Source of the DNA: a virus
Taxonomy: Duplodnaviria; Caudoviricetes
Virus record (IMG/VR): IMGVR_UViG_3300032216_001981
Coordinates: 18,704-82,703 of that record
Length of the DNA: 64,000 nt
Reading direction: 5' to 3' (one strand)
Of this stretch, positions 1-8,417 are shown one piece after another. The notes beneath the pieces were generated by a model. That model was not told where the DNA came from, searched no databases, and was given only the letters and a program-made list of their open reading frames with translations. Made by a program: the position numbers and the translations under genes. Each line of letters starts with the position of its first letter. Within the stretch, counting starts at the first letter, position 1.

Positions 1-159
1 TAATCGAGCGATGTTGTATGGAGGATAATTACCATCTTGTTTGCTGTTGGCAAAACTGCGATTCAAGTCATCAAACATACGATCAACCCCAATGGCGTGA
101 CGATGTAGTTGTGCGTGAAATGTAGGTAAATCCAGGGCGTGAAGTGTGAAATTTGTCAT
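1..159 (-). CDS. hsp20: Small heat-shock protein Hsp20/IbpA-like, N-terminal part (runs off window start)
   Basis: Manual translation MTNFTLHALDLPTFHAQLHRHAIGVDRMFDDLNRSFANSKQDGNYPPYNIARL has the IbpA-type IGxDRMF and NYPPYNI motifs; AGGAG SD at 167-171. Confidence 0.9.
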   Translation of the reverse strand, partial: MTNFTLHALDLPTFHAQLHRHAIGVDRMFDDLNRSFANSKQDGNYPPYNIARL

Positions 160-166
160 TTTATAT

Positions 167-181
167 CTCCTTTTAAGCAAG
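167..181 (-). promoter_or_regulatory. ROSE-like RNA thermometer hairpin over the hsp20 SD
   Basis: Minus strand CUUGCU-UAAA-AGGAG: UUGCU pairs with AGGA leaving a bulged G, as in ROSE elements. Confidence 0.6.
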
Positions 182-225
182 TTTATGACTGTTAATGTGT
201 AGCCCCACTATGGGCACTACAAGTA

Positions 226-233
226 TATTTATA
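226..233 (-). promoter_or_regulatory. T4-type late promoter (TATAAATA) for hsp20
   Basis: Exact TATAAATA on the minus strand in the intergenic gap. Confidence 0.7.
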
Positions 234-247
234 CAGGAAATTTACAA

Positions 248-493
248 CTAATACAACTTTTTTGGTAAACTTTCACCGGCTAATTTTTTACGCCAGCGAT
301 TTTTAGCAGCGGCCTTGGCCTGTTTGCGCCGAGTGGTGGGTTTCACATAGGTTTCACGTTCTTTTAATTCTCTCAATAACCCGGATTCTAAAACTTTTTT
401 CTTGAATTTGCGTAGAGCTTTTTCAGCGTTGCCGTCGTGTACCACAACTGTACAACCGGTGAATTTATTGTATTTTGATTTTTCGTATGCCAT
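248..493 (-). CDS. rpsU: Ribosomal protein bS21
   Basis: EKALRKFKKKVLESGLLRELKERETYVKPTTRRKQAKAAA matches the S21 signature (ALRxFK...RExYxKP). Confidence 0.92.
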   Translation of the reverse strand: MAYEKSKYNKFTGCTVVVHDGNAEKALRKFKKKVLESGLLRELKERETYVKPTTRRKQAKAAAKNRWRKKLAGESLPKKLY

Positions 494-498
494 AGTGT

Positions 499-2262
499 TT
501 ATTTACCCAATACTGTCTTAACTTGTTGAATTTCTATATCTGACAGGTCGTCGATACTGTATTCTCCGGCGCTGATTTTTTCAGCTAGGAATTGAATATA
601 AGCATCACTGTAGTTATACAAATCTGTAACCTTTTTATTCACTTCAATCCATTTTACATCGTTCCATTTAAATAATCTGCTGGGCTTAAAGTCCACACGT
701 AGGCACATGTCGCCACGACTGGGAGCATCAGGGAAACTGATGCCAAAATCTGCTGCAGGAGGACGTGCAGGCACAGTTGGTGCTGGTTCCGCCGAGTCAG
801 GAGCTCCTGGCAATGATTCTACTAGACTGCCTCGACCTTCACCGGGGTGTGGAAATATAAAGTCCACAGTTTCCCTAGTAGATTGATCTACATTCTCTGG
901 AACATCTATGGGATCGACCGTACCGGTTTCGTGTACTGACTGTGACTGTGATGCTATGATATCTAACTGTACCACTAATTCATCTGCACGAGCCATTTCG
1001 TAACTGTGTGCAGAAAACAATTGATCACGTTCCTGTTGCAGTGTTTCTAATTGTTGGTTTAACGATTTAATGTGCTGAGTGAGATCTTGCTCACGTCCCA
1101 GGGTGCGTAGGCACTGATCAGTTATTGAGTTGTGATCCGCTGTCAACTCTTGCAGTGCCCGTTGCGTCAATTCCAGTTCGCGAGTTGTTTCTTTTAACTC
1201 TTGATCTTGGGTTTGTACGTATTCCACCAATAGCTCAGCATCACGTCGTGCCTGTTGTAGATCCTGTTCAAGACTTGACACACTTGGAGCGTCTGTTACA
1301 ACAGCGGCAACCACTGTGTGTTCAACTGCTTCATCATCGGCATCATCTAGGACGGTGTATTCAATTTCTCGTTTGACTTCTGCATCGGCCAATTGATGGT
1401 TGACTGTATTGATGTCAATGGGTGGCACCGGCTCGGCGTCAAATCGAACTTCGGGGTGCGTGTTTTCTGGGACTATCTCATTCACCAACTCTTGTAACTG
1501 GGGCTTTTCTCGATGCCACTCCAACTGTTTTAATCCCGCAATGATCAACATCAAGGCCAAGGGATCAAACACCAGCACAATCAACACAATCACCCAGCGT
1601 ACTGCACGTTCTAGGCTGTCGGCACTGGTGCTGTCACTGCTGATCATTGCGGCTACATATTTTAACGGTCCAACCTCGGCTTCTACCCGACGGGCTTGTG
1701 CCGCAATCGGCGCTCGTTCCTCTGTGAGAGCGGTGATTTTTTCCTGAGATGTTGTAATGTCCGCAAGGATGCGACCACGTTCTTTCTGCTGGCTTCGGCG
1801 AATTGCAAGGGATCTACTCGCCCCCGCTTCCGACGTTGAGCGTGCCATAACTTGGTCCACAGCCTCATCCATTTGTTTGAGTTGTTTGCGATTAGCATCT
1901 ATGTTCTCCCGTTCGGTTTTGATCTTTTCATCAATGATTTCAACTTGTGCTTGTATGTTGCCAGTGGGTATGGCTTGGTCTAAGTGTGCTTTGGATAGGA
2001 ATCCAAAAACACCAATGGATGTCAGCAACATTAAAAATATCAGGGCCGGTACTAGATACAGTTTGTATTGTACTCCGGCACGTTGCCAATTTTGATGCAA
2101 CCAAACTGCCACCATGATTTTACCAGCTTCCAGGGTTAGGCCCATGACAATTACAGGAATAGTAGCGGCAGCAAATATAGCAGTCAATCCCAGTACAGAA
2201 TAGTAGGCCGAAACAGCCGAAATGGCCATGGCAATTAATATGGTGGAGATTCCAAGTATCAT
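499..2262 (-). CDS. Membrane-anchored coiled-coil protein
   Basis: Three N-terminal hydrophobic helices, long heptad-like stretches, a fourth TM near aa 222-245, C-terminal FPxxPxxGD...LFKWxxxxW module. Confidence 0.8.
   Translation of the reverse strand: MILGISTILIAMAISAVSAYYSVLGLTAIFAAATIPVIVMGLTLEAGKIMVAVWLHQNWQRAGVQYKLYLVPALIFLMLLTSIGVFGFLSKAHLDQAIPTGNIQAQVEIIDEKIKTERENIDANRKQLKQMDEAVDQVMARSTSEAGASRSLAIRRSQQKERGRILADITTSQEKITALTEERAPIAAQARRVEAEVGPLKYVAAMISSDSTSADSLERAVRWVIVLIVLVFDPLALMLIIAGLKQLEWHREKPQLQELVNEIVPENTHPEVRFDAEPVPPIDINTVNHQLADAEVKREIEYTVLDDADDEAVEHTVVAAVVTDAPSVSSLEQDLQQARRDAELLVEYVQTQDQELKETTRELELTQRALQELTADHNSITDQCLRTLGREQDLTQHIKSLNQQLETLQQERDQLFSAHSYEMARADELVVQLDIIASQSQSVHETGTVDPIDVPENVDQSTRETVDFIFPHPGEGRGSLVESLPGAPDSAEPAPTVPARPPAADFGISFPDAPSRGDMCLRVDFKPSRLFKWNDVKWIEVNKKVTDLYNYSDAYIQFLAEKISAGEYSIDDLSDIEIQQVKTVLGK
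500..505 (-). promoter_or_regulatory. Late-type TAAATA box 6 nt upstream of the rpsU ATG (leaderless)
   Basis: Minus strand TAAATA-AACACT-ATG with no SD; the box overlaps the upstream stop codon. Confidence 0.5.
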
Positions 2263-2269
2263 AGTGAAA

Positions 2270-2277
2270 TATTTATA
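2270..2277 (-). promoter_or_regulatory. Late promoter TATAAATA 7 nt upstream of ATG 2262 (leaderless)
   Basis: Minus strand TATAAATA-TTTCACT-ATG. Confidence 0.65.
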
Positions 2278-2316
2278 TAGAAGTAAACAGTATTGTAAAA
2301 GAAATTGTTGACAGAG

Positions 2317-2598
2317 TCAATCTTCTTCAAGCCTATATCCGCAGTTTGGAGGAATTGCTCCCATTCTCAACATTCTTTCGTCGGGATAACGTCTACAGCC
2401 CGGCCAACGATTGTCGTAGTTACGGCACTTGAGTGTCACAGTGGGGTCAGTGTTGTAGTATTGGCACCACTCCACTGTGTAGTTGTTGGCATCCGTGTAA
2501 ACTCGAAATTGGCAACAGGCACTGCCACATCCTGCATCAGGAGTACAACTGCCCTGTACCACTGGATTGATCCAGATGATGTCGGTCATTAGATCCAA
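2317..2598 (-). CDS. Cys-rich YkgJ/CxxCxxCC-like Zn/Fe-chelating protein
   Basis: CTPDAGCGSACC...WC...KCRNYDNRWPGCRRYP resembles the CxxCGxCC...CxIYxxRPxxCRxYP pattern. Confidence 0.65.
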   Translation of the reverse strand: MDLMTDIIWINPVVQGSCTPDAGCGSACCQFRVYTDANNYTVEWCQYYNTDPTVTLKCRNYDNRWPGCRRYPDERMLRMGAIPPNCGYRLEED

Positions 2599-4064
2599 GC
2601 AAAATAGGTCAAATTGAACGCTGAAGTTGTGATACCACCACCCGAACTGTTTTGCAACTGCACAGTGAGAGTGTTGACACCGGATGGGTAAGCCGCAGTC
2701 ACTGCGATGCCAGCTGTCATGTCTGCCGCTGGAGTTACAACCACCTTGTGAAGGGTGGTCAAACCGGTAATAGTCATGGTGGCGTTTGTGGCTCCGTTGT
2801 TTTTGGCCACTGTGGTGGCTGGTACGCTGACCTGTCCCATTAGGAAAGTGCCCACGGAATTGGTGGAGTTGGCAACTACGTTGGAGGCGGCTCCCACTAC
2901 ATTGCCACGCAAAGTGGATATCACATTGCCAGCTGTGACATTGCCCGCTGTGACAAATCCAATGTTGCTGGTTACACCCAAGGCGGGATCAATAGTGGCT
3001 GTTCTGGTGATGGTGCTGTAGGCCGGACCCGACGAATTGGCTGTGGTCCAAAATTCAATTCTACCACCTTGATTGGTGGCAGTTTGAATTTCATTGGTGG
3101 TGATGGTCATTCTAGCAGGTCCAATGTTGGCCCAACCTGCTGTGGTATATCCAACACCGGCATAGCGAATCAAGTCCACATTGCCCTGTACCGCAGTGGG
3201 CGAGGCCATGTTGCCTTCAAAGCGTCGGCCTGAAATTACATTGTAGTTGCTCAAGGTGTCGCTGTAGATTCTGGTCACCAAGTTGGCTTGTCCTGATACC
3301 TGCAACATAACTCCAGTGACCACTGGAGTTTGAACCAGCCCACTGGCATTGCCGGTGATGACCACTGCCCCACTGGTACTGGTCTGGTTGGATACAATAA
3401 ATGTAGACTTGCCGGTTTGAGTGCTGTTGCCGGTCATTGTGCTGTTGCCGGTCATTGTGGTGTTGCCATTGAACACGCTGAGTCCGTTGTTGATGGTAAC
3501 TCCGGTAATGATTAGATTGCCTACGTGTGACGCATCACCAATGAACTGAGTATAGCCCTGATAATAGGCATTTCCTTTGAAAAAGGTGTTGCCGTTGGTG
3601 ACCAAATTTCCGTTGGTTGTGACATTGCCACTGATGTTGTCGGTTTGAAATATCGGAACAGCACTTTCATTGAACCAGTTTTGTGAAGTGGTGTGTACAT
3701 GTAAATTGCCCACCAAGTTCACTGCTCCAACACCGTTGCTGATTAAATTTAAATCTTGATTGGCGTTCACTGTGCTGATGTTGGCTTGAACAATACTGAG
3801 GTTACCAATGCTCAAGGGCAGGCCCGCGGTGTTGATGGTGAGTGTGCCGTCTACGCTGACATTGGCACCGGGTCCGGCTTTGATGCCGCCCAACTGTGTG
3901 GTAGTGGCAGGTAAAATACTGACATAACGGCCACCCGGAGTAGATCCATCGCCAATTTTTAACAGGCCCGTGGCTTCATCATAAAAGAGATCGCCCTTAC
4001 CAGCTAAAAATGTGTTAGCAGATACATTGGGTCGTCTACTGGCAAATAATTTTTGTATTGACAC
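2589..4064 (-). CDS. Tail fibre-like protein with Mtd-N-like N-terminal domain
   Basis: GDLFYDEATGLLKIGDGSTPGG, TTTQLGGIK, Gly/Asn/Thr-rich beta-repeats. Confidence 0.7.
   Translation of the reverse strand: MSIQKLFASRRPNVSANTFLAGKGDLFYDEATGLLKIGDGSTPGGRYVSILPATTTQLGGIKAGPGANVSVDGTLTINTAGLPLSIGNLSIVQANISTVNANQDLNLISNGVGAVNLVGNLHVHTTSQNWFNESAVPIFQTDNISGNVTTNGNLVTNGNTFFKGNAYYQGYTQFIGDASHVGNLIITGVTINNGLSVFNGNTTMTGNSTMTGNSTQTGKSTFIVSNQTSTSGAVVITGNASGLVQTPVVTGVMLQVSGQANLVTRIYSDTLSNYNVISGRRFEGNMASPTAVQGNVDLIRYAGVGYTTAGWANIGPARMTITTNEIQTATNQGGRIEFWTTANSSGPAYSTITRTATIDPALGVTSNIGFVTAGNVTAGNVISTLRGNVVGAASNVVANSTNSVGTFLMGQVSVPATTVAKNNGATNATMTITGLTTLHKVVVTPAADMTAGIAVTAAYPSGVNTLTVQLQNSSGGGITTSAFNLTYFAWI
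3411..3467. repeat. 18-bp tandem repeat x3 inside the fibre gene (GNxTxT)
   Basis: gccggtttgagtgctgtt / gccggtcattgtgctgtt / gccggtcattgtggtgtt. Confidence 0.85.
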
Positions 4065-4077
4065 TGATCAGGTTCCG

Positions 4078-4413
4078 TTAACCTTCGTAGGGTTCATCTT
4101 CGTCGGCAACAATGGCAGTAATGACGGGGATTCCGGCATTGCGTCGCATAACGCTCATTTCGTCTTCGGCATCAACTTCAACAGCATGGTCAGATGTGGC
4201 TTCTCCGGCCAATCTCTTCATGAGATCCAACTTCTGTTGCAAGGGAGCCACCATGCTTCGGGTATTAATAACACTGCTGTTTTCGCCGTGTTCAACTTCT
4301 TGCTCCGCTGAATACAACTCTGCACGTTGATCTTGGTGCGGAATTGATGTGGGCTCATCCTGAGCTCCGTCTACTACATCGGCTAGTTTGCGTAGAATTT
4401 CTGCTATGTTCAT
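4078..4413 (-). CDS. Acidic hypothetical protein, possibly virion-associated
   Basis: 111-aa ORF with SD AAAGGA; N-terminus MNIAEIL. Confidence 0.7.
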   Translation of the reverse strand: MNIAEILRKLADVVDGAQDEPTSIPHQDQRAELYSAEQEVEHGENSSVINTRSMVAPLQQKLDLMKRLAGEATSDHAVEVDAEDEMSVMRRNAGIPVITAIVADEDEPYEG

Positions 4414-4422
4414 TGTTGTCCT

Positions 4423-4737
4423 TTAACTTGCGATGTACCGTTGACCATCACCTACAAATCCTCTAGAGTTGACAGTGCCGATTTGTGTAACTGTGATTGC
4501 TGTTACCGCACCGCCTACAGGAGCAACAGATAAAAATCCACCAATGTTACCATTGGTGATCATGTTGATATCAGTTGGACGATTTGCGGCTATCATTGGA
4601 CCAACGTTGGCAGTGGTGCTGGCCAAAGCACTGATGGCATAATAACAAGCATTATTGGCCACCACTTTGACACGAGTGCTGGTAATGACCGCGGTATTTG
4701 CCACAGTTGTTGTTTGAAATGTATATGATGTTGCCAT
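4423..4737 (-). CDS. Small beta-rich hypothetical structural protein
   Basis: 104-aa Thr/Ala/Val-rich ORF, SD AAGGA, late box upstream. Confidence 0.7.
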   Translation of the reverse strand: MATSYTFQTTTVANTAVITSTRVKVVANNACYYAISALASTTANVGPMIAANRPTDINMITNGNIGGFLSVAPVGGAVTAITVTQIGTVNSRGFVGDGQRYIAS

Positions 4738-4760
4738 GCTAAAATTCCTTAATTATAGTG

Positions 4761-4768
4761 TTATTTAT
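4761..4768 (-). promoter_or_regulatory. Late promoter TATAAATA
   Basis: Exact octamer between the terminator and ATG 4737. Confidence 0.7.
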
Positions 4769-4803
4769 ACAAAAAAGAAAAACCCACTTGAGGAAAGTGG
4801 GTT
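4769..4803 (-). terminator. Rho-independent terminator
   Basis: 9-bp stem AACCCACTT/AAGTGGGTT, loop UCCUC, U-rich tail on minus strand. Confidence 0.8.
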
Positions 4804-4823
4804 CCTGATGGCACACTCGGGGG

Positions 4824-5006
4824 TTATTTCAGCTTCATTACATGTTCAAGTATGGCCTGCACATCAGGAAAACCTTGACTTTCTTTGGTAGCCACCACAG
4901 ATTCAATCATGTCCTGTTGTATTTCGTGCAGTCCTGCCACAAAAGAACCAATTTGATCTCGGGTCAGTGTCATACGCAACACGTTGTATCGTTTATTTTC
5001 TTCCAT
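4824..5006 (-). CDS. Hypothetical protein
   Basis: 60-aa ORF tightly packed in the operon. Confidence 0.6.
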   Translation of the reverse strand: MEENKRYNVLRMTLTRDQIGSFVAGLHEIQQDMIESVVATKESQGFPDVQAILEHVMKLK

Positions 5007-5350
5007 TATACTATTAGCCTTTGCTCTTGTCCCAGTCGGTTGCTGTAAATTTTAATTCCGCGGTGTCGAACCAGCTCGGCCGAACCCTGTGGGTCGTTAT
5101 GAAACATTTCTTTAACATCTTCTTCGGTAATATCCGATTCCACATCTAAAAAATATATTTCGTAATTACGATGTTCATTGGCACGAGCCCGTGCCATCAA
5201 ACTCCACATTATTCGTTGAACTGTGTGCCCGGGCGTTTTATTCTGTAAAATGTCCCATGTTCTTTCTTGGTCAACATGAGTGACATTGAGCACTGACTCT
5301 ATGCCCATGCAGTCCCAACTCAGTATGAATCGATTGGCACCGTCGCTCAT
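5006..5350 (-). CDS. Hypothetical protein
   Basis: 114-aa ORF with ATGA-type overlap to the upstream gene. Confidence 0.7.
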   Translation of the reverse strand: MSDGANRFILSWDCMGIESVLNVTHVDQERTWDILQNKTPGHTVQRIMWSLMARARANEHRNYEIYFLDVESDITEEDVKEMFHNDPQGSAELVRHRGIKIYSNRLGQEQRLIV

Positions 5351-5595
5351 TCAACCTCTCCAAAGTGCACCTTGCCAAAGTGGTCTTTCAATTCTTCTAC
5401 ACAATCTTCTGCAGATCCGCACCCACCGTCATGAACTTCTTCACATAGGGCTATACATTTTTTCACAATCAACTCGGCGAACTTTTCAAGGCCCTCTTCA
5501 GTGAAGCCGTAGATCTTTTGCTGACGACCATCTACGATTTCATAGTTGTCAAATAAGAAAGTTTTCTTGACTAGTTTTTTTATTTGTTTTTTCAT
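5347..5595 (-). CDS. Small hypothetical protein, FAELIV-C family
   Basis: Start moved to MKKQIKK (ATGA overlap); EKFAELIVKKC motif shared with 5592 and 45113. Confidence 0.65.
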   Translation of the reverse strand: MKKQIKKLVKKTFLFDNYEIVDGRQQKIYGFTEEGLEKFAELIVKKCIALCEEVHDGGCGSAEDCVEELKDHFGKVHFGEVE

Positions 5596-5807
5596 TCCGC
5601 AACTCCAAATTGGTCCAGCAATTCCTGGCCAACACCAATGGGTTGATCCAAGGCCATTACACATTGTTCATCGGCAATTTCAGCACATTCCGCCACAATC
5701 AATTGGGCAAATTTTATTTCCATAGGAGTCAGTGCTTCTTCGCTGGGATACTTGAGACCTGCTCGCTTGGCAATTGCCAAGATTCGTTGGTGTATGTTAT
5801 CTGTCAT
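5592..5807 (-). CDS. Small hypothetical protein, FAELIV-C family
   Basis: IKFAQLIVAECAEIAD; SD GGAG. Confidence 0.7.
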   Translation of the reverse strand: MTDNIHQRILAIAKRAGLKYPSEEALTPMEIKFAQLIVAECAEIADEQCVMALDQPIGVGQELLDQFGVAE

Positions 5808-5818
5808 GTTCGGCTCCT

Positions 5819-6142
5819 TTAATTTGCAAGTCTATATACTTCACCAGTTAAAGCATCCACTACTATGGCTCCGGCTCCAAAAGCCGCCCGCATTTCAAAT
5901 AATTCTTCTGCACTTGGTGCTCGACGATTTTTGCGATACTGTTCAATTGCAACACGGTCTTCCGCTACACGTTGTTCAACACTGTTGCGGAGTTCTTGAG
6001 CAGTGATCCAACCAGCATCCACAAAATTCTGCAACATGTCCTCAAACGGGATTCTATCGTTGCTGTTCCAGCGAATCACTGCACCTGTTGCTGAATTGGT
6101 TTCATCAATGTAAAATTGTGATTTGTATTTTGCATCTATCAT
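5819..6142 (-). CDS. Early hypothetical protein
   Basis: Start moved to MIDAKYK with GGAG SD; the longer ORF-track start runs through the promoter. Confidence 0.7.
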   Translation of the reverse strand: MIDAKYKSQFYIDETNSATGAVIRWNSNDRIPFEDMLQNFVDAGWITAQELRNSVEQRVAEDRVAIEQYRKNRRAPSAEELFEMRAAFGAGAIVVDALTGEVYRLAN

Positions 6143-6172
6143 CATCAGCTCCTTTTGTTTAACTATACATAT

Positions 6173-6201
6173 ATTATAGCAAACCCTGAATTCTGGGTCA
6201 A
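6173..6201 (-). promoter_or_regulatory. Sigma70-type early promoter, cassette copy 1
   Basis: TTGACC-17 nt-TATAAT; spacer CAGAATTCAGGG. Confidence 0.85.
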
Positions 6202-6209
6202 CCAAACTG

Positions 6210-6428
6210 TTAATTGCGATCTACAGGCAAACACTGGTAATCACGCTGATATTTTACTGTAATATCAACGACTTGCATCAACTGTGGTGTTGTTGCAACA
6301 CCCGGAGCGATGGTTTTTGCTGTGTATATTGCACGTATGGCCGATTCACAGGCAGATTTTGTGGGATAGTTTCCAATCAATGCTGGATTACTGCCTACTG
6401 TTACTGCGATAAAGATCAATGCGTACAT
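6210..6428 (-). CDS. Small exported/membrane hypothetical protein
   Basis: Hydrophobic N-terminus MYALIFIAV, two Cys, GGGAG SD. Confidence 0.6.
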   Translation of the reverse strand: MYALIFIAVTVGSNPALIGNYPTKSACESAIRAIYTAKTIAPGVATTPQLMQVVDITVKYQRDYQCLPVDRN

Positions 6429-6440
6429 AATGTCTCCCAA

Positions 6441-6674
6441 TTATACTGTGATGAATTTCCACGGATCTTGATAGTCTGCTGTCAATCGATCCATGATTTG
6501 TTGTTGTAAAACAGCAACATCTTCGTTGCTGACATAAAAATCGGTAGTAGGATCCCAGTACTCGCCTGCTCGCGGGTCGTAGTACAGCACAGCACCACTG
6601 GGATAATGAAACGGACCTTCTAAACCCGCACGTGGTTGCCATTTGGCATCGTGTTGGAAAACTGTATAAGCCAT
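6441..6674 (-). CDS. Early hypothetical protein
   Basis: GLEGPF...LYYDPRAGEYWDPTTDFY; GAGG SD. Confidence 0.7.
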   Translation of the reverse strand: MAYTVFQHDAKWQPRAGLEGPFHYPSGAVLYYDPRAGEYWDPTTDFYVSNEDVAVLQQQIMDRLTADYQDPWKFITV

Positions 6675-6703
6675 CAAAACCTCTAAATTGTTACAATACT
6701 ACT

Positions 6704-6732
6704 ATTATAACAAAAGGGGAATTATGGGTCAA
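6704..6732 (-). promoter_or_regulatory. Sigma70-type early promoter, cassette copy 2
   Basis: TTGACC-17 nt-TATAAT; AATT in spacer. Confidence 0.8.
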
Positions 6733-6738
6733 CCGCAA

Positions 6739-6960
6739 TTAATGTAGAGTTTGATCGTTGTAAACATTACTGATGTCTGTGATACCAAATACTTTTAAAA
6801 TTCTAGCAATGTTTTTTGGAGTTTTGAAAGGTACGCTTTCGGGCAAGAATAGAGACTTTAGCTCACCATCGGGACCTAGTATAAAGCCATAGTCCTCATC
6901 GGAAATTTCGGTGTCGTATAAATCATCTTCTTTGACGTCCTGCTGTGCTGTTTTGCTCAT
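6739..6960 (-). CDS. Hypothetical protein
   Basis: 73-aa ORF, DYGFILGPDGELKSLFLPE. Confidence 0.65.
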   Translation of the reverse strand: MSKTAQQDVKEDDLYDTEISDEDYGFILGPDGELKSLFLPESVPFKTPKNIARILKVFGITDISNVYNDQTLH

Positions 6961-7597
6961 TGTACTGACCCTCGAGTATCTTATAATATTTAATGCTTTG
7001 TTTTTTTAATTTACTTACTACAGAATGATGTGTACCAAATGCATCACAATAGTTAGTATACATGACAGTAGATTCCAATGCAAGTGTTTTGCCAGATCTC
7101 AACTCATGTGCCTGTTCGGCTGCCACAGTAAATGCATAAGCATCTACTTCGTCGCTGTGACCGAGATACTCCTGTAACTCCTTTGCATCTTGATCACCAC
7201 TGCTACTGCGAAAACTTTTACCCGGACGAAAATTTCTATTACGGTGTTGATGCAGATGTACATATTCATGTCCCAACACCGATGCTATATCAAAGCACAG
7301 TTGATTCCATCTAGTGCGAGTCAAGGACTTGCCCATAACAAAATGTTTTTTCTTTTTAAAATACGCCAACTCGATTTCTATTGGAGTGTAGCCCCAACGG
7401 TCATCACCGTAGTCGTACAGGCCTGACACTGTGATGGAATTTAACGGGCTGTTGATGGTTAGATTTGTTAAAAACACAACGTCCCGGTACGGGACGTTTC
7501 GTTCAATCAATCGTGTGATGGCCGCTGGAGCAAACTCACGACCTTTATAGGCATCATACAGTGCTTCCAGTCGATCCAGCAGTTGAAAATAGTTCAT
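6923..7597 (-). CDS. Putative zincin-like metallopeptidase
   Basis: LGHEYVHLHQH (HExxH) with downstream EVDAYA. Confidence 0.6.
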   Translation of the reverse strand: MNYFQLLDRLEALYDAYKGREFAPAAITRLIERNVPYRDVVFLTNLTINSPLNSITVSGLYDYGDDRWGYTPIEIELAYFKKKKHFVMGKSLTRTRWNQLCFDIASVLGHEYVHLHQHRNRNFRPGKSFRSSSGDQDAKELQEYLGHSDEVDAYAFTVAAEQAHELRSGKTLALESTVMYTNYCDAFGTHHSVVSKLKKQSIKYYKILEGQYNEQNSTAGRQRR

Positions 7598-8277
7598 TAG
7601 TGTCTATCAGTATAAAATGAATGTCCGCCAATTTTAGCAATCCATGACATGGTGTTGCTCCACACAGGTCTTACACCATTGCTGTGAAAGTACAGTGCAT
7701 TGTTGTATTTAATTCTATAATCTTCATAGCCATTATTTAATAACTCTTGTGCCACGCGACGGCTCTCTTCCCATGCGGGATTTGACGCACGTGGTACTCG
7801 TACAAATGCACATACCCACGAAAACTGACACACGGGTACATAATTGATCACTGTGCGATTTTTTGTCACGGTTTGTGTTCCACCAAATGATCCAGTTTGT
7901 ACTATCTCTGCTTGTGGTATCACGGTGCTGCGAACTGTCACTGTGCGTTGCTTTACCACTGCACAGATTGTGTTTCCAAATCTGCCATCACGTACACGAT
8001 TGATGGTGACTATGCCCACTGCCACTTTGCCTTCCTCGCTTTCGCCGTTGGCTTCAAAATAAATGTTTCTAGTTAAACATTCTTCATCTTGTGGTGTCAC
8101 TGTGAATGTGACCCAGGGCTGGGTCAATGTGCGGACTAGAGATTCAATTTGATCGCGTCCTTGATTGATAAAACTGCTTGCCACTGTTATTTCTTTTGCT
8201 TCTACTTCTTCTGCATGACCGGGTGCCATTACGGTCAGGGCTAATACTGCAACGATGATATTTGCTATCGTTCTCAT
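7597..8277 (-). CDS. Cell-wall hydrolase, SleB/Hydrolase_2 family, with signal sequence
   Basis: CLTRNIYFEANGE, VAVGIVTINRV, CQFSW, ALYFH, IGGHSFY. Confidence 0.88.
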   Translation of the reverse strand: MRTIANIIVAVLALTVMAPGHAEEVEAKEITVASSFINQGRDQIESLVRTLTQPWVTFTVTPQDEECLTRNIYFEANGESEEGKVAVGIVTINRVRDGRFGNTICAVVKQRTVTVRSTVIPQAEIVQTGSFGGTQTVTKNRTVINYVPVCQFSWVCAFVRVPRASNPAWEESRRVAQELLNNGYEDYRIKYNNALYFHSNGVRPVWSNTMSWIAKIGGHSFYTDRH

Positions 8278-8417
8278 AAAGTCCTCCTTTGGTTGTCGCC
8301 TTTTAAAGGGCGTATGTTTATATAACTTTTTAAAGTCGTAGTTATATACTACTATAACTGATTATAACAGTGTATTATACTGGTTTTTTAGCCGTTGAAC
8401 AAGATAATATGGAGATA

